The notes under the pieces are model-generated. The model had not been told where the DNA came from. It saw nothing but the letters and a program-made list of their open reading frames with translations, and did no database searches. A program made the translations under genes and the position numbers. DNA of 44,084 bases from a virus (lineage: Duplodnaviria > Caudoviricetes): the IMG/VR virus record IMGVR_UViG_3300012940_000012, positions 1-44,084 of that record. One strand, given 5' to 3'. Numbering within the stretch: position 1 is the first letter of the stretch; each line of letters begins with the position of its first letter. Shown here one piece after another: positions 25,393 to 34,305 of this stretch.

Positions 25393-26942
25393 CAGCTGCT
25401 CGAGAGGGTGTTGGACTTGACGATGACGGTGCCGGCGTGAGCCGGAGCGCGCGCGATGCCGCGGTGCGGCTGGCCTGGTGCATGGGGTGCGGCGGCGCCG
25501 ACGATCGCCCCAAGGCCTTTCTTGCCGAGCATCCAATACTGCAGCGCGTCGTGCGGATGCGAATAAGGCCCCTTGGCGGGCTTCGCATCAGCCCCCGGTT
25601 CGCCGGATTTTTTGTCGACCTTGTAGCAGTAGCTTGAGGCAAAGCCCTTGCGCAGTTTCTTGCAGCGCCGGGACACCCACAGCATCGGTTTGGCGCCGAT
25701 CGTCACGAGGTTATCGCGCACAGCGTCGAGGCGCGGGAGGATGGCGTTTGTCTCGGTCGGCTCGATCGGAATGCCGAGAGCCAACGCCAACTGCTCAGCC
25801 CAGGCGCGTTCGTTGTCCTCGTTGTCAGCGCCGTTGAAGCCGGCGGGATCACACCAGCCACAAGACAGCTCGAGCGGAAACCCGGCGATGCCGGAAAGGT
25901 CCATCAGCTCCGCCTTGACCTGGTCGGCGACGCGCTTAGCGCTCATGCGACCCGGCACGACCTCCCCGAGTGGGCGGAATTGGCCGTCTGGCATCGCTTG
26001 CCCGATGATCACCGCGGGATTGCCGAGGCCGGCGTCGGCGCCGATCTCGATCGGGATGCCGCGAACGGGCAGGAGCTCGTCGGGCGCGAGGAAGATCTCG
26101 TCGCTGTACTCGGTATAGACCGGCTTGCCATCGTCCGATGGCCCGTACTCGTTGAGCACGAAGCGCTTCACCCACTTCTGTTTGTGGGCATTCGTCTCGG
26201 CAAGGCGCTGATAATACCCCTTCGGCAGGTTCTGCAGGTTCTCCGCTCGCGGCGAGAGACCGGACGGCTGCACGTAGGCTTTCCAGCCTTTCGGCCGGCG
26301 TTCTTCGATCGTCGTATAGTACCAGCTGTCGACGTCGGGCGAGTTGAGATCGCCGACCACATAGCCGCGGTAATCCACGCCATCGGGCAGCATGTCTTTG
26401 TTGGGCCAACGGCCGAGGCGGCCGATTGCGTTCTCGATAATGCCCTCGGGCAGCTGATCGAGCTCGAACAACTCCCACGCAGTCGGCTCGAAGCCGCGCA
26501 TGAACTCTTCGAGGGCTTGCTCGCCGATCGCCGCAAAAATCGCTTCGTAGTTCACTTTCACGCGCCGGGTGCCGCCCGGCATGTTGCGCAGAATGTCCCA
26601 CTCGATTTTGTGTTTGGCGAACCGGCCGCCGCCGCCGGTCCATTCGGCCTCGGTCCAGTTGCCGCCGTCCGCCGGCAACCAATACTGCCACGTCGGATAG
26701 AGGTTGCGCTCGAGCTGGCCGTAGGTGGAGCCGATCACCGCGTAACGGAAATGGATCTCGCCATCGCGGCACACCGGCATCAACGACGCGTTGCCCAGGC
26801 TGTCGAAGATCGTCGTGACCGTCTTGCCGCCGCCGACGGGACCGCGCAGCGAGCGGAATATGCTCTCACGATCGGAGAGGAACGCTGCGGCCACCGGGCC
26901 AGGCGCCTTGAAGTTGCGGAACCGCTCGATCGCGTCGCTCAT
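25392..26942 (-). CDS. terL: Terminase large subunit
   Basis: Walker A GPVGGGKT, DLNSPD coupling motif, ENLQNLPKGYY, nuclease motifs IGADAG, WCDPAG and SHPHDALQY. Confidence 0.95.
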   Translation of the reverse strand: MSDAIERFRNFKAPGPVAAAFLSDRESIFRSLRGPVGGGKTVTTIFDSLGNASLMPVCRDGEIHFRYAVIGSTYGQLERNLYPTWQYWLPADGGNWTEAEWTGGGGRFAKHKIEWDILRNMPGGTRRVKVNYEAIFAAIGEQALEEFMRGFEPTAWELFELDQLPEGIIENAIGRLGRWPNKDMLPDGVDYRGYVVGDLNSPDVDSWYYTTIEERRPKGWKAYVQPSGLSPRAENLQNLPKGYYQRLAETNAHKQKWVKRFVLNEYGPSDDGKPVYTEYSDEIFLAPDELLPVRGIPIEIGADAGLGNPAVIIGQAMPDGQFRPLGEVVPGRMSAKRVADQVKAELMDLSGIAGFPLELSCGWCDPAGFNGADNEDNERAWAEQLALALGIPIEPTETNAILPRLDAVRDNLVTIGAKPMLWVSRRCKKLRKGFASSYCYKVDKKSGEPGADAKPAKGPYSHPHDALQYWMLGKKGLGAIVGAAAPHAPGQPHRGIARAPAHAGTVIVKSNTLSSS

Positions 26943-27127
26943 TGCGCCTCCGCGTGGCGGCAGCGCTGGATGGCGCGATTGACGATGATGGTGCGGCGGC
27001 GCGTGAGCTCGCGACGACGGGCGTCGACAACCGTGATCTCGAGGTCGATTTTCTCTAGGTCACGAATCTCACCTGAGGTAAGTTTGGACCGGTAGTCGTA
27101 TTTGCGCTTTCGCAGTTCGAAGGTCAT
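26939..27127 (-). CDS. Small basic coiled-coil protein
   Basis: GGGGGAG RBS; ATGA overlap with terL. Confidence 0.55.
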   Translation of the reverse strand: MTFELRKRKYDYRSKLTSGEIRDLEKIDLEITVVDARRRELTRRRTIIVNRAIQRCRHAEAQ

Positions 27128-27394
27128 GCGACGCTCCCCCCGACCCCAGCCCGCCCTTCAAAGTTTCGCCGTCCAAAATTCGGCCTAGGGGTACTTCCCG
27201 GTTGCCGGAAAACGGTGCGGGGCAACAGGCGCAAACTCTTCGAGCCGCGGATTTCGGGGGCACCCCCCCGGCCGCGCGCGCCTGCGCGAAGGCCACCCCC
27301 CCTCGGCGCGCGCACGATGCCGGCCCGCTGGCGCGCCAGGCCTGGGCACCGGCCGGTGCGTCGGCCCACTGATTTCAGATCAGGATGCGCAGCG

Positions 27395-28075
27395 CTATTC
27401 ATCGCGATACTCCAGCGGGTTAGGTGCATCGTGAGACTGCGGCGCGTGAGACTTCTCCGCTTCCACATCCGTAACCTGTTGATTTTCCACGATCGGCGCG
27501 AACGGCACCGCGCCATCGCCCGCAGCCTGGTCGCCGCCGGTGTCGTAGGCGCCAAGCAGCAACAGGCCGCGCGTTTCGCTCTTCGTCTCGATCGCCAGCG
27601 GCTGCTTCTGGTGCAGGTACGGCAGCGCCGCGATCGCAGCCGCCTGCTGCATGGCCGCCGCTTCGCCCGTCGCCAGCACCGGCTGGCGCAGCTCGTGGCC
27701 TTCCTCGTCCCGCATGACGCGGCCTTCGGCGTCGATAATCGGCGCCGTCACGAGCTTACCCTCGTGGAACTTGTACAGCCCGAGCTCCGCGGCCAGCTGC
27801 GCCGGCGTGCGGCTCCACATCTCCGCCAGGAACACCAGCGGCGAGCGGTACTTGCTCAGGACGAAACTGCGCCACTCCTCGGTCGACCGGTTGCGCGCGC
27901 CCTTCGGCCGGCCGCCCTTCGGCCCGCTGGTGCCCTTGGCCTCCGGCATTGGCATCGGTGCGTCGTCGGCGTCGAGGAACGACGTCTGTTCGCCCTCGTT
28001 CCCGAGGCCGAGATCGCCGAAGCCGCCGAGCAATTCCACTGCCGTTCCAAGGCCGTTCCCCGTTCCAGCTGTCAT
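27395..28075 (-). CDS. terS: Probable terminase small subunit
   Basis: GGRPKGARNR motif, SPLVFL, AAIAALPYLHQK motif; position upstream of terL. Confidence 0.75.
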   Translation of the reverse strand: MTAGTGNGLGTAVELLGGFGDLGLGNEGEQTSFLDADDAPMPMPEAKGTSGPKGGRPKGARNRSTEEWRSFVLSKYRSPLVFLAEMWSRTPAQLAAELGLYKFHEGKLVTAPIIDAEGRVMRDEEGHELRQPVLATGEAAAMQQAAAIAALPYLHQKQPLAIETKSETRGLLLLGAYDTGGDQAAGDGAVPFAPIVENQQVTDVEAEKSHAPQSHDAPNPLEYRDE

Positions 28076-28372
28076 GGAGTATCACCCCAGTATTTAACTC
28101 GCCGCGGAACGGCCACCGTTCCGCCGTTCCGCCGCCGTTCCGCGCGCAAACCATTGGCGGAACTATCAAATTTCACTCTTCGGAACGGTGGAACGGTGGA
28201 ACAGTGGGATTGCCGTGCGCACACGCGCGCGCGTTTCTTATCCGCGCGCACGCCCGCGCGCGTATGTGCAACCCTCGTTCCGATGTTCCGCCGTTCCGAA
28301 ATGGTGAAATCCCTCGTTAGCTCAGACGCTTGTGGGCGGAACGCCCGCGGATCACTTCCCCCAACCCGTTCC
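28042..28372. repeat. Array of 16 GTTCC/GGAAC repeats with a ~140-bp imperfect inverted repeat; candidate replication origin
   Basis: Counted directly; 8-bp-period triplets at 28182-28204 and 28275-28297 face each other across an alternating purine/pyrimidine core; immediately downstream of the helicase gene. Confidence 0.75.
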
Positions 28373-28390
28373 GCACGCAAAAACCCCGCG

Positions 28391-30373
28391 TCATTTTTCA
28401 GCCATGATAGGGTCGGGGTCGGGCTGGAAAGGCGTAGGCGAGACGGGTGTGGGCGGGGCCGGGGGCGCGTCAGATGGTGGGTCGGGGCGCATGATCCCGC
28501 CAGGGCCGTAGAGGGCGCGCAGCGAGATCAGCGTGCAGCGCGACTTGACGCCGGCGACGGTGCATTGCCCTGCCTCCCATAGCGTCCCTTGCGGCCCCTG
28601 GCGTAGCGCGCCGGCCCACACGCCCGAGCCGACGTCGCCGGCCCATTCGCGGCCTTGGAACAGCTTCCACGTCTGCGGATTGTGGTTGGGGACAATCAGC
28701 CAATCATCCTTGCCGCGTCGCCGCTCGAGCCCGAGGCCGGCGGCTGAAAGCTCTTTGCGAACTTTCTTCACGTCATTGCTGTATTCGCATTCAATTCCAG
28801 CATCGCCGTCTTCGAAGTAGCCGGCCTCGCGGCACCACGTTTCCAGCACATCGCCGACGGTCGACTTGTTACCGTTGCGCCACGCATCCACAGCCACCGA
28901 CAGCATGTGGTTGAGGCAGTTGCGCCAGTTTTCGACGCGGTCTTCGAACTCGGCCATCAGGCCCGCGGCCATCACCTCCGACCACGGCTTCATGTCGCCT
29001 TCGATGGCGACCTTGAGCCGGCTTTCGTCCCAGCCATCGAACTCGATCAGGTCCGCGCACGCGAGCAGCGTGCCGAAAGTGTCTTGCCCGCGCGCGTCAT
29101 AGCCGCCGCGCTGCAGCTCATCGCGGAACGCCTTCCAGGTGTAGTGATACCGGTCCCACTGGTCGATCAGCCGGCGCAGGATGCAGCGCCCGACCACGCC
29201 CATCGCCTTGTGGTCGATATTCGGCGGCGGCCCGCCCTTGAGGCGCTGCAGGCGCAGGATCGCCATGCGGCTCAAATCCTGCGGCTTCAGCGGCGGCGTG
29301 TTGATGGATGAGAAGAGGAACGTCGAGCGCGCCTCGAACTGCACGCCCGAGTGCCGATCGCCGCCGCGCAGCATCAGGCCGCCCGAGCACGCTTGCCGCG
29401 CCAGCTCGAGCACCTTCACGGCCGCGCGGTTGTCGCCCTTGCCTTCGAACTCGTCGACGGCGATCGGCACGCAGTCGTGCCCGACGTGCTGATAGATGCC
29501 GGCGGCCGTCGTCTCCACCGTCTGGATCAGCCATTCGCCCAGCAGCGCCTTGATCAGGTCCTGCAGCGTCGACTTGCCGGTGCCGGCATCGCCGATCACG
29601 TAGGCGATCGGCCGCCAGGGCAGCGCCGCGCCGAGGAATGCCGCGCCGATCCAGCCGAGCATCAGGTGCGGGTCGATGTCCGGCCGTGCCCAATTCCAGG
29701 TGCGCAGCAGTGGTTGCAGCAACTTGGCTGGGTTGATGGAGGCGTCGACGGGTCGGGGCCAGGGGCGGGGGATCGGCGGCCGGGTCGGATACACCATGCC
29801 GTCGATCTCGCCGGGCGGCAGGCGGCGCCCACCGAGCACCAGGTCGGGACCGCAGTGCAGGACGATTCCGCCGTGCTCGTCCAGCCAGCAGCCGCGCCCG
29901 CGCATCTTGTCGATCGGCGACCACGGGCCTTTGGCGGTGCACGCGGCGATCAGGCACTCGCGCACCTTCTCGTTGCGCCAGCCGTCGACGACGTGATGCT
30001 CCTCGCCCGTCGTCTGGTCGACGATCACCATCTTCGAGAACTTCGGAAACGCCCAATAGAGCCAGTTGTGCCGTCCACGGAACAATTCCAGCGTGTCGGC
30101 TTGGCCGTAGGGCTTGGTGTAAACGACCAGCTGCCCGATCGGGTCGAGGAAGTAGTTGCTTCCGCCGTCGACACCGAGCGCCGACACGGGACAACCTTCC
30201 GGCAGGCCGAGCGCATCGGGGCGCCATTGGCCCGGCTTGATGCCGTTGCGTGGTTCGCCGGGCTCGGGATCGAGCGCCAGGCGCCGCACACTCGGCAACG
30301 GCTCTGCATCGTCGACCAGCGCGCGCACGGCTTCGATGCCGGCCATGGCGGCCGCCGCATTTCCCCCAACCAC
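28391..30373 (-). CDS. Replicative helicase / P-loop ATPase partner of the primase
   Basis: Walker A GDAGTGKST, Walker B IAVDEFE, FLFSSIN sensor, QDLSR arginine finger; start may be 30346. Confidence 0.85.
   Translation of the reverse strand: MVGGNAAAAMAGIEAVRALVDDAEPLPSVRRLALDPEPGEPRNGIKPGQWRPDALGLPEGCPVSALGVDGGSNYFLDPIGQLVVYTKPYGQADTLELFRGRHNWLYWAFPKFSKMVIVDQTTGEEHHVVDGWRNEKVRECLIAACTAKGPWSPIDKMRGRGCWLDEHGGIVLHCGPDLVLGGRRLPPGEIDGMVYPTRPPIPRPWPRPVDASINPAKLLQPLLRTWNWARPDIDPHLMLGWIGAAFLGAALPWRPIAYVIGDAGTGKSTLQDLIKALLGEWLIQTVETTAAGIYQHVGHDCVPIAVDEFEGKGDNRAAVKVLELARQACSGGLMLRGGDRHSGVQFEARSTFLFSSINTPPLKPQDLSRMAILRLQRLKGGPPPNIDHKAMGVVGRCILRRLIDQWDRYHYTWKAFRDELQRGGYDARGQDTFGTLLACADLIEFDGWDESRLKVAIEGDMKPWSEVMAAGLMAEFEDRVENWRNCLNHMLSVAVDAWRNGNKSTVGDVLETWCREAGYFEDGDAGIECEYSNDVKKVRKELSAAGLGLERRRGKDDWLIVPNHNPQTWKLFQGREWAGDVGSGVWAGALRQGPQGTLWEAGQCTVAGVKSRCTLISLRALYGPGGIMRPDPPSDAPPAPPTPVSPTPFQPDPDPIMAEK
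28404..28438 (-). promoter_or_regulatory. Putative late promoter for the packaging/head/tail operon (copy 3), embedded in the helicase 3' end
   Basis: Minus strand CCTACGCCTTTCCA-N15-TATCAT. Confidence 0.72.
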
Positions 30374-30421
30374 TTCATCACCCCCACGGTATCGATGCCG
30401 CCGGCGCGCAGCCGGCAGCGT

Positions 30422-30625
30422 TCAGCGTTTGCGTTTCTTCTTCGGTGTGCCGATGTGCCAGTGGCCGCAGAAGCGGCAGCGATAGGCGGTCGACGAGGCG
30501 CGGTTGCGCTTGCCGCGCCGCATGCGCGTCAGCACGCGCTGCGCCAGAGCCGCGGTGACGAAGCTCGCCTTGCCGAAGCATTCGGCCAGCGGATCGCGCC
30601 AGATGCTCTGCCGCCGGTCGCTCAC
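30422..30625 (-). CDS. Small basic zinc-binding phage protein
   Basis: GTGA overlap with the upstream gene; C..K..F and YRCRFCGHWHIG motifs. Confidence 0.65.
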   Translation of the reverse strand: MSDRRQSIWRDPLAECFGKASFVTAALAQRVLTRMRRGKRNRASSTAYRCRFCGHWHIGTPKKKRKR

Positions 30626-31131
30626 AACGGAGCACCGCAGTCGCCGCACACTTCGCCACCCGTTTCCCAGCGGATCGCCCGGCGGAGATGTGGACAAGCG
30701 GGCGCCGCTGGTCGCGGCGACTCGTTGGTCTCGACGGACGGCGCCGGCGAGCTCGTGCCCGCGGCAGCGTCGGCACCAGGCGCCGGCTCTTTCTTGTCGC
30801 TGACGCTCCGGGGCGCTTCCTCGAGCGCGTCGGCTTCCAAGCGGCGCGCAATGCGCCGCAGGAAAAGGTAGCCGATCAGATCGTCCTCGACGTCCTCGCC
30901 GGCGGCGTGTCCTCGCTTGAGGCGCGAGAGCTTGTCGTCGAGCCGCACTGCGATCTGCTCGGCCGGCGGTGCGCTGGAAAAGATGCGAACCGGATCGAGC
31001 GCGGAATTGCCGTAAGCGGCGTTCTTCTTGAGCAGCATGCAGCGCACGAGATAGATCTCGTCGTCGAGGCGATCGGCGAAGCTGTGTCGCTGCAGCAGGT
31101 CGGCGATCGTGGGGGCGAGGGGCTTGCTCAT
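30622..31131 (-). CDS. DUF1599/Nmad1-like all-alpha nucleotide-associated protein
   Basis: KKNAAYGNS...RLDDKLSR...EDVEDDLIGY motif; ATGA overlap. Confidence 0.7.
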   Translation of the reverse strand: MSKPLAPTIADLLQRHSFADRLDDEIYLVRCMLLKKNAAYGNSALDPVRIFSSAPPAEQIAVRLDDKLSRLKRGHAAGEDVEDDLIGYLFLRRIARRLEADALEEAPRSVSDKKEPAPGADAAAGTSSPAPSVETNESPRPAAPACPHLRRAIRWETGGEVCGDCGAPL

Positions 31132-31328
31132 TTGCCGCCCTCGCCACCGGTATCCGACGAGAGCGAGACGACGAACGTGTTGTCGAGGGCGTGGCTCCGG
31201 TTCAACGCGAAGCCGGTCACCGTCGGCGAATGCTCGTCTTTGTTGAGCAGCTTGTTGTTCAAGTAGAATTGCACGATTTCCATCATCGTTGCCGTGTTCA
31301 GCACCAACTCGTTGTTGCCCTTCAACAT
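31128..31328 (-). CDS. Hypothetical protein
   Basis: Translationally coupled at both ends. Confidence 0.65.
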   Translation of the reverse strand: MLKGNNELVLNTATMMEIVQFYLNNKLLNKDEHSPTVTGFALNRSHALDNTFVVSLSSDTGGEGGK

Positions 31329-31522
31329 CCCTTTGCCCTTTCTGTGCGTTCACGCTGAAGCTTCTCGCCGAGCGTCACGGAGACGCCGACGACGAGGCCG
31401 ACCCACGCGCCCGCCCATGTGCCATGCAGCACACCGAGCGCCATGCCACTCGCGCTCGCCGCGACGCCCATGCCGCCAACCCAAAACACCGCGCGAAGCC
31501 ACCGCCGCTTCCACCACGTCAT
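31322..31522 (-). CDS. Small 2-TM membrane protein
   Basis: GGAGG RBS; two hydrophobic segments. Confidence 0.55.
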   Translation of the reverse strand: MTWWKRRWLRAVFWVGGMGVAASASGMALGVLHGTWAGAWVGLVVGVSVTLGEKLQRERTERAKGC

Positions 31523-31656
31523 CGCGCCCTCCGTTGCTCACGCCGGCGTTCGATCATTTCGGTGAGGGCGATCGCCATGTTGACGAGCGATGCCGTGATG
31601 GCGAGCGCAAGCAGCACCAGCGTCAGCACGGCGATCGCAATTTCGCCCGGTGTCAT
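31519..31656 (-). CDS. 45-aa single-TM peptide (below the ORF track cutoff)
   Basis: MTPGEIAIAVLTLVLLALAITASLVNMAIALTEMIERRREQRRAR; ATGA overlaps on both sides. Confidence 0.6.
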   Translation of the reverse strand: MTPGEIAIAVLTLVLLALAITASLVNMAIALTEMIERRREQRRAR

Positions 31657-32048
31657 CGCTGCCTGCCGCTCCAACCAACATCAGGGCGATTGCCGCGCGG
31701 GTATGACGAGAGATCGACGGCCATATTGCCGTTACCGCCGAAGTGTTCGATCGGCGGCACGTTGCGCGCCAGGTCATCGGTGCGCTCGACGCGCTGCTTG
31801 TAGCCCTCGAGCCTGCCGACCTCGCGCTGCAGCTCCGCATTGTGATGCTGCACCTTCTCAAGATCCTGCGAAAGTTCATTGATGCGGCCCCGCGCAGAAC
31901 GCAGGTCGCTGCGCTCCTGATAGACAAGACCTTCGAGCGTTCCGTTTTTGCTCTCCAGCTCCTTGATGCGCTCTTGCGCCTCCGTCAGCCGCGCCCGCAG
32001 ACTATCGACGTGATTTTTCTCCGTGAGCGTCTGCACCTTCATCGCCAT
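31653..32048 (-). CDS. Coiled-coil hypothetical protein
   Basis: Heptad pattern; purine-rich RBS. Confidence 0.7.
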   Translation of the reverse strand: MAMKVQTLTEKNHVDSLRARLTEAQERIKELESKNGTLEGLVYQERSDLRSARGRINELSQDLEKVQHHNAELQREVGRLEGYKQRVERTDDLARNVPPIEHFGGNGNMAVDLSSYPRGNRPDVGWSGRQR

Positions 32049-32052
32049 GCCT

Positions 32053-33180
32053 TCACCCCTTCCTATTTGCGTTGCCCGTCAGTGCGTCGTTGCTGTCCGA
32101 GCCGATGTGCGATCGCGCGATGCGCACCGGCACGCCTTGCGCGGCGATCGCCGCCGCGCCGTTGTCGAATTGCTGCTTGGCCTGGCGGCCCTCGTCGTTC
32201 TCGCGCAGCAGGATCACCTCGCTGACGCAATCGACGGGAACGGTGATGCTGGCGATGTTGCCGACCGACATGTAGGCGTGCACGCGCAGCGAATGATCGG
32301 CGACGGCGTGCGACAGGCACGTCTCGATGCCTTCACCCATCAGCAGGCGCGTCTTGTGCCCCTTGGCGATCGCGTCCTTGACCGAGAGCCCGCCGTCGCC
32401 GCGCGCCAGCTTGATCACGCCGCCGCTGAAGCTGGGCCAGATGCGCCGGTTCGGTTCAACCGGAGCCTTGCCGCGCGTCTTCGGGTGCGCGGCGCCGATG
32501 CCGTCAGCCGCCAGCCAGGTGCGATGCACCGCGAGGATCTTCTCTGCCGATGCCGGATCGGACGGCGACACCATCGCCATGATCAGCGGCCAATCGGTGA
32601 GCTCGCCGGTCTCGTCGTTGCGGTGCTCATACTGGGGGAAGAACCGCAGTGCGCCTGGCACGCGCGGCAGGCTGGAAAGATGGATGCCGCGGCTTGCGAA
32701 GTACGTCTCCGCGATCGTGCCGGGCAGGGCGCCGCCCTTGAGCCAGCGCGACAGCGCATATCGCCGATTTTCCGCAAGCTCGGCCGCGCGCTGCTTGTCC
32801 GACTTGGCCGCGCGTTCGGTCGCCTCGTGCTTGATGCGCGCCTTGGTCTCTGGGCTGATGCGCGCCATGCCGAGCCAGTCGCGCGCCCATTCCAGCGCTT
32901 CCTTAACGCGGCGCGGATCGTGAAACTTGCAGTTGGCGATCAAGGCGACGACGTCGGCCGCCCGGTCCATGACCGCTTCATCCTTCCACACGCCGAGATC
33001 GCGCCCGTGGATGATGATCCAGAACGAGCCCGGCTTATCGTCGTTGCGCGCCGGATTGCGCGCCATCCAGTATTTTCCGGCGCGCCAGCCATCGGGCGCG
33101 AGCGTCTGCGCCAGATCGAGCACGCGGTGCTGGAGAAGCGCTTTTACTTCCTGAAGGTCCCCGCGTTGCGGCGCTGGCAT
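32053..33180 (-). CDS. Toprim-domain DNA primase
   Basis: AETYFASRGI, AVHRTWL, MGEGIETCLS (Toprim Glu), ILLRENDE, DSND motifs. Confidence 0.88.
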   Translation of the reverse strand: MPAPQRGDLQEVKALLQHRVLDLAQTLAPDGWRAGKYWMARNPARNDDKPGSFWIIIHGRDLGVWKDEAVMDRAADVVALIANCKFHDPRRVKEALEWARDWLGMARISPETKARIKHEATERAAKSDKQRAAELAENRRYALSRWLKGGALPGTIAETYFASRGIHLSSLPRVPGALRFFPQYEHRNDETGELTDWPLIMAMVSPSDPASAEKILAVHRTWLAADGIGAAHPKTRGKAPVEPNRRIWPSFSGGVIKLARGDGGLSVKDAIAKGHKTRLLMGEGIETCLSHAVADHSLRVHAYMSVGNIASITVPVDCVSEVILLRENDEGRQAKQQFDNGAAAIAAQGVPVRIARSHIGSDSNDALTGNANRKG

Positions 33181-33312
33181 GTCCCGTCCCCCGTCGAGCA
33201 ACTGGAGCGCCGGCGCTCGCGCCGGGCGCCCTTGGCGCCTGAGCCGCCGCGACTTGCGCCGCGACGGCTGGGCGGTGTTTAAGGCCCCTGTGGGGTTAGC
33301 TTAGGAACCGCC

Positions 33313-33360
33313 GGCCTCCCCGTTCTCTCCGAGGTGTCACGCCTGAGGTCGGCGTTGGCC
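33313..33360 (-). ncRNA. Candidate structured RNA element (three-way junction)
   Basis: Minus strand GGCC-A-ACGCC/GGCGT hairpin-GACA-CCTCG/CGGGG hairpin-A-GGCC within a 240-bp intergenic gap. Confidence 0.35.
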
Positions 33361-33419
33361 ATTTGCACAGAGCTGGGCGCTACCCCGGCACGGAGACCGC
33401 TTGGCCTAGTGCGAATGCG

Positions 33420-33719
33420 CTACACGGCTGCGTCGACCTCGATCCAATCGTCGGAGAGCATGTCGGACTGGCTTGCGAGCCAGCCCATGAGGATAGAGCC
33501 GTCTGCCGTCTTCATCGTGATGCAGGGAAGCACGTTGGCCGCGCCGCCAGGCTGCCCGGCGGCGTATTCGGCATTGTTGAGTGACCAGAAGCTTTCGGCT
33601 GGGATCGTGCGGCCGCCGAGCGGTCCGCTGAGGCTCAACCACATGCCTTTGCCGTTCCAACCGACGCGCGCGATTTTCGAGCCGGCCTTGAGCTTTTCGA
33701 GTGCTTCGCCAAAGTTCAT
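33420..33719 (-). CDS. tad2: Tad2-like (DUF2829) anti-defence signal sponge
   Basis: MNFGEALE.LK.G..IAR.GWNGKGMWL and W.ASQSDML.DDW signature motifs. Confidence 0.88.
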   Translation of the reverse strand: MNFGEALEKLKAGSKIARVGWNGKGMWLSLSGPLGGRTIPAESFWSLNNAEYAAGQPGGAANVLPCITMKTADGSILMGWLASQSDMLSDDWIEVDAAV

Positions 33720-33860
33720 CGCATCATCCTTCTGTTGAGAGAAAAAGGCTCCGGCTCGCGAGACAGCGGCGCGACTTGCGGTGATCGAGGCGAAAGGAGG
33801 CGACTGCGCCCCTCGAGCAGCACCGGAGACGCCGGCTGTTAGATGCAGCCGGCGATCGGG

Positions 33861-34295
33861 TTACGTGGCGGCGTCTGCGCGCGCGACCGCCGCGTCAGCT
33901 TCGGCATCGGAGATCTGGTCGCGGTGCAGGCGATCGCGCAGGGCGAAACCCATCAGCGGCCACAGCTGGCGGATGGCGTCCTCGTAGGCGAGTTTCGCGC
34001 CGAGCTCCTTGTTGAAATTCTCTGGGCTCGCCGGCGCGCTTTTGCCAATGACGGCGAAGCCGTTGCGCATCGTGACGATGCAGATCGTCAGAATGTCGAG
34101 GGCGTGCGGGTGATCAAAGCCGAGCGGGCTACCGAAATCGTCGCGCGGCGTGGCTTCGCTGTGATCGAAGGCTTTTGCAGCGTCGCCGCCGGAGAATGTG
34201 AACTTGCTGGCGATCGCGCCTTCGATATCTGCCAGGGACACGCGCGGCGCCTTGGCTACGGCCGCGCATTCGGCTTCGGTTTCTTTCAGGCTCAT
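33861..34295 (-). CDS. tad1: Tad1-like (phage gp49/66 family) anti-defence signal sponge
   Basis: LTICIVTMRNGFAVIGKSAPASPENFNKELG..LAYEDAI.QLWPLMGF.L signature; GGAGA RBS. Confidence 0.88.
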   Translation of the reverse strand: MSLKETEAECAAVAKAPRVSLADIEGAIASKFTFSGGDAAKAFDHSEATPRDDFGSPLGFDHPHALDILTICIVTMRNGFAVIGKSAPASPENFNKELGAKLAYEDAIRQLWPLMGFALRDRLHRDQISDAEADAAVARADAAT

Positions 34296-34305
34296 GATTG
34301 TCTCC

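Noticed and set aside
8815-26118. Very long plus-strand ORFs (e.g. 8815-10527, 10582-13248, 11685-14351, 14120-15985, 17253-19727, 20764-22887, 23192-24793)
   Set aside because: Antisense shadows of the high-GC structural genes; Arg/Ala/Ser-rich, with no motifs or RBS
28042-28372. CRISPR array or mini-array
   Set aside because: Units are 5-8 bp in both orientations with no repeat-spacer periodicity, and there are no cas genes
28072-28380. 102-aa ORF across the repeat array
   Set aside because: The translation simply reflects the DNA repeats; more likely non-coding
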